From Macrostomum lignano (Eukaryota): a DNA stretch of 37,533 bases. Numbering within the stretch: the first letter of the stretch is position 1; each line of letters starts with the position of its first letter. Below the pieces are notes generated by a model that was given only the letters and a program-made list of their open reading frames with translations, had not been told where the DNA came from and did not search any database. Made by a program: the position numbers and the translations under genes. Location of the stretch: positions 1 through 37,533 of the forward strand of contig NIVC01000589.1 of assembly GCA_002269645.1 (NCBI GenBank), read 5' to 3'. Shown in pieces: positions 26,094-37,533 of the stretch.

Positions 26094-29000
26094 GCTTGCA
26101 GTGATTTTTGCCTTCACTCTGACTGGGATGACAGCCGCCGAAACCTTCGTCACTTACGAAGGTAACCAACTGAGTAGCTTCAAAAATGGAGCCGGCATCG
26201 CTGTCGAGCTACCCCTAGCTATGGTTGCTACCCAAGTAACAATTGAGTTTGATAGCTTTGGTAAGACTGGAGGATGGATGCTTTAAATATTGGCTTTAAG
26301 GTACTTTGTCTACCACCAGTAGATTAAATAACTGAAACAATGCAGTGTGCCAGACGTCGCCAGCATTTGAGGATCCCGTTGAGCGGGAGCTCTGTCTCGA
26401 CCTGAGCCCTACAAAGTGCGACGGTCGGTGCTCCAGTAAGTCTAAATTTTTAGCCAATTTTTTCTCCTAGAAATCTACTTTCACGCTGTACGCACTGTTA
26501 TTCTTCGTTGCAGATGGAACAGCCTATGCAATTGACGATGGTGAGTTTTGAATATGACACGAAGCTGGAGTTGCTTGAAAAGTGCTAAATTTCACTACAT
26601 GTTACCTACATGGCGGTTGAATAGAAAATGAAATTAAGCACAGCCGTTGCGTCTACATACAAAAGTTGAAAAAGTGATTCTTATTTTCCATATTTTAAAC
26701 TAGAAAAGCGGGTTTTTCCTGTATTCAACATTACAATTTCGTCAACTTCTAGCCGTGTCATTCGTAACTCTGTTTGTCGTGCGAGCCAGTCAGAAATGCG
26801 ACAAGGACGCCAACACCAGGGTGCAGTGCCAGCACGCAAACACCGAAGGGAACAGAATGCTGCTGAGCTGTCCCAGAGAGCTTATCAGCTATCTGCTGGT
26901 CAGGTCACCGTTCCTAGTCAAGTCGGTCACTGTTGGTACTCCGGAGTACCCGAGGTCATGGGTGGCACCCGATGTAAGATTTTTTCGAGAGCATTTCATT
27001 TTCGAATTTCAAACTAGCCTAAGTAATGGTGGGTACTGACTTGCGGATGGGTTTTTATGCTAAAATCTTTTTGATGCAATCCCACAGTGGCAGCAAGATG
27101 CAGGAACCATCTTGAAAAACCTGCCATCCATCTCGTTAAGCAACTCCGGCACTTTTTTCGAGCTGTCGGGCCCCGATGCTTTCCCTGTGCTAATGGCAAA
27201 CCTGCCGAAACCAACGGACGAACCGCCGTGTCACCAGAATGTCTTCATGGCTGGCGTCCGTCTGCCAACCGCAAACGGAAGCGGTCGACTGCTTGCCTTG
27301 TCCACCACGCAGCACTATGACACCCGCAACGAGGACCTGCTGTCGGGTTCAATTGCCTGGCTCGCTGGAGCGGATTCCTCATCCACTGTAACTGTTGATC
27401 ACGTCACGGGCTCGACAATCGATGCTTCGAAGCAGGTCTTCGTGTGGCGGGTGCCGAATTATCACGAATCATCATCCGCAGCCGACGACATTGAATCTGT
27501 CGTCACTCATTTGACCCAGAAGCTGTTGCAAGGACGCGGCGTTTTGATTTTCTTTGGCGAAGGAACTCGCTGGCCAGTTGTGGAGCGTTTTCTGGATTCT
27601 CACGGTATGCACTTTACCAAGGCTGAAGTGGCCGAAACTGATCGACAACTGACGTTAAGCAACCGTATTGCCAATCGTTTACTCCGAGTTTATAAGTCGC
27701 TGCGCGTCATTCTCACTGACATGGCTACAAATGAGCTTCACTGGGATCGTAACCCAACTTTTATTCGAGACAAGAAAATTCTTACGCGCAACTGTAGAGA
27801 CGACGTCCGACTGAAAACCGGAGTCGAAGCGGAGAACTTTCAGGCTCTGCTGGGCCGGGCTTTGTGCAACAACAAAGATATTGTATCGTTCGCACCGTGC
27901 ACCTTTCATCAAGCCTGTCAGGACAACACGTGCGGAGCAGCTTTGGCTAGTGGAAGGCCATGCTTTAACAAGCTCAACCATTTTGGCTTCATTAATCAGC
28001 TGCTTAATTTTCTGACGAAATCGCCTGCGTGCCTGACTCAGTACGATACGGCTGGCGTGCACCCAGGACCCGTGAGAAATCTGGCTGCTCGAATAGGCAA
28101 CTACCGTGTTCGTGTTGGCAAATCGGCCGCACCACCTGAGCAATCTCTTTCGTGGAATTCGCGTCTGACAGAGGCCGGTTTGGCTTACGGCGACGCGGCG
28201 AGAGGTGCTCGACGAGATCTTCTCAGCACCGGAGTTTACTTGCCTGCCCTGACTAAGGCTCGAGTTAAAGTTGTTTCCGCTCGACCATCTGGCAGCAGCC
28301 TTCAACTAACTGTAGGTCACAACCTTGATGTCATGGCTGGTCTTGGCTGGTATGGTGAGCGCAGTTGCCAAGCCCGACCCTGGCTAGATATGGCGCAGAC
28401 TTACCCATTGTCTGAGGAATCAACCCATGAAGTGGAGCTCTTTTCCCCTTTTGGAGGCCTAATTCATGTGCTGTATGGCCTGCCGAGCCGAGTGACGAAC
28501 TACGACACCGAGGGCATCAGTATTGAGCTCGAATTTCGCAATGTAGTTCAAGCGCCTTATGTTGACTTTAAACTGGCAGCGGCTTCGCCACGCCAGCATT
28601 TGGCTGACGCATCGTCCCCGGCGGTCAGCCCTGCGCCATGGGGCGAATTTCGCAGCGGTTTCGCCATTTTGGGCGCCCCACGCAGCGGCTTTTCTCGCGT
28701 TGACGGCAATACGCTGATTGCTATGCGATTTATTGAACGGACGGCTCGTCTGTCTGTGCTGATCGGTGGGCCGAACTACAGGCACTGGCGGCTGCAGGGC
28801 CAGCAGCGGGTGCACTCGGACACGGATCTGCAGTGTTTGAACGTCAGGTGCCGCGGCTACAGCGGCAATCCGCTCTACATCTACGTCGACATGCCAAGCG
28901 ATCGTCATAACACTGACTCACCTTTCGGCAGTTTACTTGACGGAGCTGCTCTTGAAGCAGACAAGGTGCCAGTAAGTGTTCGATGCTTGGTTTGATGCAT

Positions 29001-30194
29001 GCCCTGAATTCAACGCTTTCTAGCCAAATTTTAGCTAATAATTCTTAGGGTCAGCTAATGCGTTGGACGAACTGCTCCTCAAAAGTGAATTATGTCATTA
29101 TCATTGTTTGTTTTACTGATATTATGCCCTCGTGCCCCTTTTCTCTTGTGCCCGCCCCACCCTCGAGCTTATTCTAACGTACGTACCCTGATCAATCCAC
29201 CTCGCACCTTGCCCTGCTGTAAATTTACGTTCGTACAGTTGAACCATACATGTAGTTGAACTGATAACTGAAATCCAATCGATGTCCAGTGTTTGGTAGT
29301 TGGCTCGCTTCTAAACTCTACGGTAACAAGTATCCCACACGGCAATCGGCTCTAGATTGTTAGCTTTGTTCCGCTCCCGTGGATGGGCGCACAACACTTA
29401 TCCTTTATCAAGACAATTACCATTAGCATTAGCTTGGGTATAGTAACAAACACAATAATCACCCTTATCGACGTAATTTTCAGAACTCACATGACGTTTT
29501 CTATCACGAACTTGGACACAACTACTCCCCGGTGTCGCTAATGTTTGGCATCGAAAATCGCGAGGTCGCCGCTGATTTCCTGTTGGTCGTACTCCGACGC
29601 TATCTGCACAACCTGGACCTGACCAATTCTCCGTTCCTGTTGGACCGGTACTACAACCATCAGATACCAGTGAACGACAGATCTCTGTGCCAATCGGCCA
29701 CATCGTTCGATTGGACTCGAGTACCAACTACTGGCACTGATTTGGTTGACCTTTTCCCGGCGCTAATTGTCATAAATTACTTCGGCCTTGACGTTCTGGC
29801 GGACGCTCAACGTATGTACTTCTACTACTATGCCAGGGAGCCATTGCAGGCTCAGCACCGCACCAGGGCTGCCTCTGCAGTGTTCTCCAACATCACGGGC
29901 TACAATCTGCAGCCAATATTCGCCTTCTTCAACTATCCGATCGATCCAAGTTTGACCACTGGCCAGCCGAGCTTTGACCAGCTTCTAGCGCAAGAGAGCC
30001 ACCTGCCGGCATTCTTCCCCGGTCAGACCTGGGTGGCCCGCTGCCTGCCCGACCGGCTGCGCTCGATTGAGCAGCGCTTCGGCGGCAAGCTGGTCCTGGG
30101 TGACAGTCCGGCAGCTGAGTCGGACCTGTTCAAAAGGGCCTACTTCACCGAGGAGTCGCCGCACCTGTTCTCGCGAGAAAGACTGCGCGCCTGA
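26094..30194 (+). CDS. TCAF/FAM115-like M60-family zinc metallopeptidase with signal peptide, ~1000 aa. Exons 26094-26161, 26346-26435, 26514-26540, 26753-26973, 27088-28971, 29484-30194; start exon not fixed
   Basis: TCAF-type motifs AFPV, GRLLAL..WL, STGVYLP, FSPFGGLIHV, APWGE. Splicing 28971 to 29484 yields FYHELGHNY...ENREV (HEXXH plus downstream E). N-terminus LAVIFAFTLTGMTAA looks like a signal peptide. All junctions are GT-AG with phases 1,1,1,0,0. Confidence 0.85.
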
Positions 30195-30254
30195 TTGACA
30201 GATGCAGCGGAGTTTGAAGAACAGTTGGTAATTGTGACGCAAAAAAAACTATAT

Positions 30255-30260
30255 AATAAA
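30255..30260 (+). other. Candidate polyadenylation signal of the M60 gene
   Basis: AATAAA about 60 nt after the stop codon. Confidence 0.35.
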
Positions 30261-30954
30261 TAATTCTGCAGTATTTGCAATAGAAATTCTTATGCTTGAG
30301 GGTACGAACTATTTAGCACTATACGTTTTTGCTGAGTATTTATAATCAGCAGCCATACACTAAACTTGCTTCACAATGCTATTCCACCAGCAGTTTAAAT
30401 AAACAAATAATACAAGCTATTATCCAATGCATCTCTGAACATTTTTTACTGATATTGTCTCAACTTTTGTTTGTCCAGCGGAAAAACATTAAGTACACAT
30501 TGACCGCAGTCAATTTATAGTTGATTTTGTTTTAAAAAACTGCTTCTGAAAGTATAATAGACTGTCGCTAAACAGAGAATCTTGTGATTTATTTATTATC
30601 TCACAACCAGGAATACAGTGAGTTAACAATAGAGAAAAAATTGATAAAACTGTATAGGAATTGTTTTTCTGCCATTTGATTAAACAGAAGTATAGATATA
30701 ATCTATCTACAAGCTGAAACAGGAACAGACTGGGAAATATTGATAAGTATAGCAGCTTTCACAATATTGAAGAAAGCATATCAATTATCTTAAATATAGT
30801 TATTGTAGAAAAACTTCAACGGAGTAGGATGTTTTTAAAAATTAAAATATTGATAAATTGGAAAAGTTCTGCATAACAATCAATTCCTTTTTTCGAGCTG
30901 AAACATCAAGAAAGTGCTAGTCAGGTGTAAAAATCTTATAAATATGAGGTTCCA

Positions 30955-30960
30955 TTTATT
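30955..30960 (-). other. Candidate polyadenylation signal of PLC-gamma
   Basis: AATAAA on the minus strand about 115 nt after the stop codon. Confidence 0.3.
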
Positions 30961-31075
30961 TGTTATGTATTGACTGATTAGACTTCCGACATGCTAAATA
31001 ATGCTATGCCGGTAAAATTAAGTCTGCTACAGTGATGCAAATAGAATGGACAGCTAGTTTAACAGCTATCTGCTG

Positions 31076-34000
31076 CTACCTGCTAATGACCAGGTGTACA
31101 AGCAGGCTGCTCGCGGGAATCTCGTCGCCGAACTCGTCGCACAGAGCAACACTGCGGTATCCGCTGCGCAGGGTTCTGATTGGCTGAGCGAATTCACCAA
31201 TCACAACCCGATCCTGCCACGCCTCAGTCTCCGTGGCAACGGATATCCGAAGGATGCTGTCCTCGGGACAGTCCTTAACCTCCAAGTTGCAGTCTTTGTA
31301 CACCGGATTCAGTCCATTGTCCGGCACTACAGCGCTGCGACTGCGAGTCTTGTACAGCTCGACTTCCACGTAGCTGCTGGTGATTTGTGGCGACGTTCTT
31401 GGTAGACGGCGTCCAGCCAGCACGCGTAGCCGCACGTCAACCCGGCTTGACTCGCTAGTTTGCTGCTGGTAGAACTCCGGCTTCAAAACGTACCCGCAGC
31501 CGCCGTTGTCAGCGAACAGTGCCCGGTTGAATAACATGGCTCGATCGCTCGTCTGCCAGTTTAGCGCCACCATCTGGCAGCCCAGCTCCCAGGCTAGCAT
31601 CGGATTGAAGTTTGACGACTTGAATCGGGTTGTCTAAAAATTCATTTTGAAAGCTCCCGAGTACATGGATGCTGTTGCATCGAGTCCATCGAGAAAGCGA
31701 TTACAATTCCCAAGCAAAAATAAATAAAACCTATCAATCTTACTCTAGGATAGACCCTGACCAGCTGATTAAGCGTGAAGTCCTTAATATCCGAAGCCAA
31801 CTGGCATTCAAGATTCTTGGGCATTCGAGACTCGGACACACTGACCATCTCGTAGTACTGCGACGGCCGAAAACGAATTTTCTGCTCTGGCGAGCGAGTC
31901 GGCACGCAGTAGACTACTAAGTCACTGAGCTGCGGTGCAATCCGCTCCCTGCGCATGCTCCCTGTGTCAACCACGGCTCTGCCGAAGTGTCTTCGACGTT
32001 GCGATTCTATCTGCTGCACCCACTCTAACAGCTCATCTTGGGTGGGCGCTCGAATCACCAGTTGATGGCTGCCGTTGTACGAGCCAGGAGAATTGCCTCC
32101 CGAGGCGTGAAACTCCACGCACAGGCTGTGCCGCGACTGCTGCTGCTGCTGTCGATCTGCTGGTGGTATCTGCACCCGATTGATGCCCCTCACCGGGATG
32201 CTCATCTCAACGTACTCGCCAGTGTTGCACGGCTCCAGCACCGCAGCCGGGACGAGACCGCGAGAGCCTGAAGACTCCAGAGTGCCAAGCCACCAGTCCG
32301 GTGAGATGCGGCTCACGTTGACGAGAATGTCGCCGCGTTTGACGCTTAACTCGTCGGAAGCTTTTGAATTATAGGCAGCTGTGATGCGCATTGCGGCGTC
32401 CGGCTTGTCGTCGAGAAGGGACTGGATTCAATGCGATAGCATGTTGGGGTTACTCAGGTATTGTTGTTGGTAACTAGACACAAGAGCACTGCCACAAAAG
32501 GTGCATCCCACACAAGAATGTCAGTGAATCCAGTATAAACTTTGGCGCTACTAAGTTCGTCAGGGCGTACCACTAAGGGTGTCAGTTGTGCCACTAAGGG
32601 TGTCGGCTGTGTTACTGGTTGTGTCGGTTGCGTTACTGAGGGTGTGGGTTGAGTCCCTGAGGTTGGGTGTCTTTTGTGTTACTAAAAGTGTCAGTGTGCC
32701 ACTATCGATGTCGGCTGTGTCAAATTACGTGTTTAGAAATGCCACTATGGATGTCAGAGGCACGATTTACGTTACGAGCATGCTTCGGGATTCATGTGTG
32801 ACTCACTTCATCAGCGCCTTCGCCAAGGAGGATGAGTCCGTGATAGTCACTCTCGCAGATGGCTCGGTTTTCAGAGTTGCAGACTCCCGTCTAAAATTAT
32901 GTACAAGTACCAATTGTTGACTCCCAAATCTTGTGAGGGAAATTGTATATAAACTACCAATATAGAAAACATGGTGTATGGTGTATAGAAAACATCAATC
33001 CAACCTACCCTTGCGATTTTTTCAACTGAAGCTTCGTTAACGGGGTATCTCAGTCGGATGTTGCGATAGATTGGCTGCTCAGAAAATTGATCAATAAGCT
33101 GGGCCAGCGAGTTGCATTCGGGAAAATTCCCAATCATCGCTTTGCCAGCCCTGCAGCTTATAATGCAGCGCTTGATTTCTCGCTCTGACCTGGAGAAAAA
33201 AATTAGAGAAATGTGCTAATATTCAGGGAAAACTTTTGTTATTTTTAGAAGGCAACTAAAAGCTCTTATTTCGTTGAACCAAGAGAACACACATGGTGCG
33301 CATGACTTGACCCAAATTTTCTCATTACCCGGTAATACAAATGCAAGGTCTTAGAAGCTCTCTGTTACGTCGGTCCATTGTATGTTTGTTCCTGGGCTAT
33401 GGAGCGCTACAGATGTGTTCTAAGTACATGCCCTTTAAGGGGGCTCGTACGCTAGTCTAATATACTAACTTTTAATAACAAGTCACCTGAAAGCCAGCAC
33501 GAACTCTCCATCGACGCAGTCACCGGATTTCTTTCGAACCAAGAACCCACCCGAATACGGCACCTGGCACAGCAAATCTTCTGCTGATTTCTTCGAAATT
33601 TCGCCAAGATACCAGCTGCAAGAGGACGTAATGACTGTTTATATTTCTTGCTTTTTGTTTTGCTTGTAAGATTTAATCTCAACAGAAATAACAAATAAGT
33701 ATAGAAGAAGCTCACGGAAAAACGGTTAGATCGTGCGGAACGGGTTTGGTTAAAAAGTACCTCCTCTGGTCGATTCCACAAGCTTTATAATAATCCACCA
33801 GGTCAATCATTCGGGCAAATAACTGCACCTCGCTTGAACCGCTCGGTGACTTTACATTCGGAATGCTGAACAGCCATCGAGTAGGATTTTGCGGGTCTGG
33901 CGTCTTCCGGATGTGGCAGTGGTTTATGACACCGCGATTCCTAGAGAATTGAGTATTACTTTGCAGGTAGTATAAGCTAATACTAGCTCGTAAATTAGGA

Positions 34001-36954
34001 ATTCACTTATGCGAGGGTTTTTCCACACCCTTCGGCTCAAAATTGCTACAGAATACGAGTATTAAGTGTTAGCATCTGAATGAATTCCACAGCCTACCTG
34101 TAAGTCGTTTGTACCGACTAAATTAACGTCTATCGCTATATGTAAATCTAGAATAAAGAAAACAACTGTAAAAGTGCATCGCAAACTTGGTAATGGTACG
34201 TTGCACCAACTACTACGTCTACGAACCTACGACGAATCTGAAAGGTAAATAAGAGTTACTCGCGTACACGCACAGCTCAGCTGACTATAAGGATAAACGA
34301 ACATAGCTTTTCTCATTTCCTATTGAAAACAAAGCAAAAGTCGCCGTTCGGCTGAAAACGGAAATTTATTTGGAGCAACTCACTTTAGGAGCAAACGCTT
34401 TTCTGAGGTTTATTACAGCCGATTCCTTCAATTCTTTCATGTCACGATGAGATCCCAGGCTCCAATATCCCCCGGGCTTAATTGACTGCTTCTACGTTGT
34501 ATAGCAGAGATTGACTCCCCTGAGCAGAGATGAAAATCGAATGGAATTAATCCGTCATCGGAATCAATTAATCCTCTCTCTTCCCTGCTCAGTGACACAG
34601 GAGAATTAGACACGAAGAGAAGCAAATAGCAATTATCCCGCAGACAGAGCCAGGCTCAGGGACGGCTTTTTGGTGGATTTTATACAATGCTGCTGCCAAG
34701 CCTGCAACCTCCGGCGTCACGGGTGGATTGAATTTTCAACTGGTAGACGAGGTTGCTAATAATTTGCGCAAGCTTGTTGCTAAGCATGCTTCGAATAACA
34801 CAGCCAGTTGCTGCTCAAGATTTTGGCCAAGGAATTGAACTGAATTCAAGCCATCCAGATGCAAGCGTTTAGCTATTTTTTTGAGACTGAGAATGCTATC
34901 GCGTTGGGGGGGGGTCTCTTGGGGGGCTGAATTGGAATCTGAGCTTGGCTCTGCTTATGCAATTTACGGCCTTTAGGGTCAACCCCAAGGCGCAGTGAAG
35001 TGTACATGCCTAATGATAAATAAAGTTAGGGCCGCTGTACACTCCTCGGAGTGTGTGCCTGTGCGTACGTATCTGCGCACTTGTGTGCCTGCTTAGGGGA
35101 GTCGGCGAAATGGACAACAATGCCTCTCCAGGGTTGTGTGACAATGTCGCTTAATACAGCACACAGCCCCATAGCCTCTAATAAAAAATGCTATCGTATC
35201 CTCTACGAGCTAAAGGCGGTGAACACTTCTTAGTCGACAGAAAAACAATTCTGATCAATGTAAGCAAGCGCTCACGCAGGATTAGATATATTTGGCATTT
35301 TGTCTCAGTGTGAAAGCCCCATGCAGGGCCAGAATTCTGTGGGTGAACCCTCGCATGGGTAATTGAGAATCAATCTCAGAAGTAATTGGTCGCGAAGGAT
35401 AAGGTATGGTTTTCATTCGTTCGTTATCCGTCGTCTGTCGATCATTGTTTCTAGGAATTTTTCGCGAACTAATTAGGATTTTACTTTCTGATTTTGTAAT
35501 TTCTGTCTTTTTTTCAGAAAAAATGCTTTGTTTAGTCGTTTTGAAGAAAAAAACTAAATTTTCCCGTTTTTTAGCGTTTTAGCTATGAGGCAACACCATA
35601 GTACTAACAGTATGTACAAATTTCTTACATAAAAGAGAGTGAAAAGTCGCCAGGATTAGTCGGCGATGGTCGGACAAGAAAGCGACCTTCCGAGTCGCCG
35701 TTGCACCATCGTCTGATTCGACTTTCGGCCTCTGACCTGTCTATGTTGTCATGGAACCAGACGCAAAATTTCAACCCGGATAAGTCATCTTCAGCTGTTC
35801 TGTTTGAAACGAAACTCGCCCTGGCAGAGGTTGCTTGAGACGTCGAGCATTCGTCGCTCATAAATAACAAATCGGATTCGGTCAGCACAGCAACGTAGGG
35901 CTCCCAGGTATTGCTAACGGGATTTTGCACCTGCACTCGACCGGTGTGCACTGGCGGTGCGTCGGCAGCTTGATTTGTTGAGGCCGCGGAGATACCTGAG
36001 CTGGTGGCAGCAGCGGCTGCGGCCGCGGCCACCGCCGCAGTGACCGTTGGATTGTTTGGTGTGCTAATTTTTAGACTGCTCTTGAGCTTATCGTGCTTAA
36101 TTAGTACTCGATACTTTAGCTCGGACGGACTGGGAAGCTGCTGCCGATAGTGACCTTGCGCTGACGCAACAGGAGCCGTCAGTAAGTTCTGGCCGAACAC
36201 CTTGATCAGCAGGTCAGCGGTGCGAGCTTGCTGCTGCAGGCTGCAGTGATCTTCGAGCGATAGAATTAGCGGCGTTTCCGTGCGTTTAAATGCGTAGCTC
36301 GCGGATAGCTAGTAGAACTGGTTCGAGATCGATTTTGCTGGTCAGCGTGTGGCCATGGTAGATCACTGGTGTGTCCTTCGGGCCGTCCCACAGGTCCACT
36401 AGCAAATTGAGCGAGGTGAAAGCAGAACTTGATTGTGAATAATAATAGAAGGGTAAAAAATTCATCGGAGGCTCGCTTTCGTTTGTAACCCTCATTTACG
36501 TTTTGTTTTACAGATTTGTCTGTATTTTTCCTAGATTAAAGAGTTTTACCTTGTCAAATCTACCTAAGCTATAATTTTAAACCGGGGAACCAAGCAAAAT
36601 TAAAGATAAATAATTTAGTTTGCTGTGACTCTCAAAACATCGCACTTTTTGGGAATCCTTCTTTCGTCACTTCCTAGATCAGTCGTATGATTAAAGAGTT
36701 CTGAGTCCTCTTAGTATTTGTCAATCCATAGCTAAGCCTGGACACTTACACTCGACACAGCGACAGCCCTGTCTCAGAGCGCTGACGTAGCACTGAACGC
36801 TGGAGTCGGAGCGGAGCTGGTCGCCAGTTAAATAAGTATTATGAGAAGTTGATATGAAATACGCGGATAGAGGCAGGTCCATGTTGTGATAGACGCGTTG
36901 GGTTCGACTCTCGTCAGTAACGCTGTTGGCCTTGCAGAATAGCATGTCGAGGAA
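31076..36954 (-). CDS. PLCG: Phospholipase C-gamma (X - split PH - SH2 - SH2 - SH3 - split PH - Y - C2), 5'-incomplete. Exons 36954-36750, 36398-35629 (frameshift ~36297), 33940-33761, 33615-33487, 33189-33009, 32890-32807, 32421-31744, 31633-31076
   Basis: [43 protein letters not shown]; two SH2 domains with FLVR; SH3 [14 protein letters not shown]; [44 protein letters not shown]; C2 DNGLNP. Junction phases are compatible. Confidence 0.95.
32570..32760. repeat. Degenerate ~21-bp tandem repeat (GTGCCACTAAGGGTGTCRGYT) in a PLC intron
   Basis: CACTA..GGTGTC recurs 6-8 times with many substitutions. Confidence 0.6.
34981..35090 (+). repeat. Short dispersed repeat, copy C
   Basis: aaccccaaggcgcagtgaagtgtacatgcctaatgataaataaagttagggccgctgtacac plus TG-rich tail; matches copy B. 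Confidence 0.65.
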
Positions 36955-37533
36955 CTGAAAGTTCAATATTTTTTTAAGTTTCTAATCTTTGGAAGCTCTT
37001 GTTAAAGTAGCTTTCTGCATCACTGTTCTGACGCGTAAAGTTACTAGGTTTATAGTAACTAAGTTACTAGTTACTATAAAATTTTTTATAGGCTTTTCAT
37101 AGGGTCGGGGAACACCTTATCTGACGTCCCGCAACCAGCGCAAAGGAACTTCTGCTCATTCTTCTGACTCCTGTACGCAGCACTCATACGCACGCTCTCA
37201 TAGGGTGTACATACAGTGACCCTGATTTTTTAATCGTCAAGCATGTATATTGTCGGCTGATTTTCCATGCAAGAATTGCATTCTTGCACTCTTTTGCGTA
37301 CAGGAATGCATGTCTATGGTAAAATCTCACTAAAAAATCGTTAGGCGCAGAAATGCATTCCTGCACGGTTTTGTGCATTCCTGCACGATGAATCATCCGA
37401 CAATGAAATAATCTATGGCCAAATCTCCACTGTTTTACACATGGACTTCGTGCAGGAATGACACTCTCCGTTCCTCCACGCAAACAATTTATTTATATGT
37501 ATTTCCCTCTCTCTTTCCTCCCTCCACACTTTA

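Noticed and set aside
37114-37483. Upstream PLC-gamma exons (PH/EF-hand) or the 99-aa ORF
   Set aside because: No convincing PLC motif. The region has short inverted GCATTCCTGCACG repeats, more like a repeat remnant.

Overview
Eukaryotic (metazoan) genomic DNA, intron-rich and dense in minisatellites. The style (GC-rich exons, poly-Q/poly-A tracts, many short introns) suggests a free-living flatworm such as Macrostomum; this is an inference. Six spliced genes can be assembled by hand from GT-AG junctions with compatible phases: (1) an otopetrin proton-channel homolog (+, begins before the window, ends 10982); (2) a divergent DEG/ENaC channel (-, 13188-18221); (3) a two-exon gene of unknown function whose intron is almost pure (GATA)n (-, 20133-21776); (4) an Msxlx-type NK homeobox gene (-, 23116-23873); (5) a roughly 1000-aa TCAF/M60-like zinc metallopeptidase with a signal peptide (+, 26094-30194); (6) a phospholipase C-gamma (-, 31076 to >36954). 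Introns and intergenic DNA carry about a dozen minisatellite arrays (mostly 17-24 bp period, many with palindromic cores), (GATA)n and (GACA)n microsatellites, a Tc1 remnant nested inside a mariner remnant, and a short dispersed repeat. Most long ORFs in the supplied track are repeat artefacts. No CRISPR array, rRNA or tRNA was seen. All family calls are from motif recognition by eye, not database searches.
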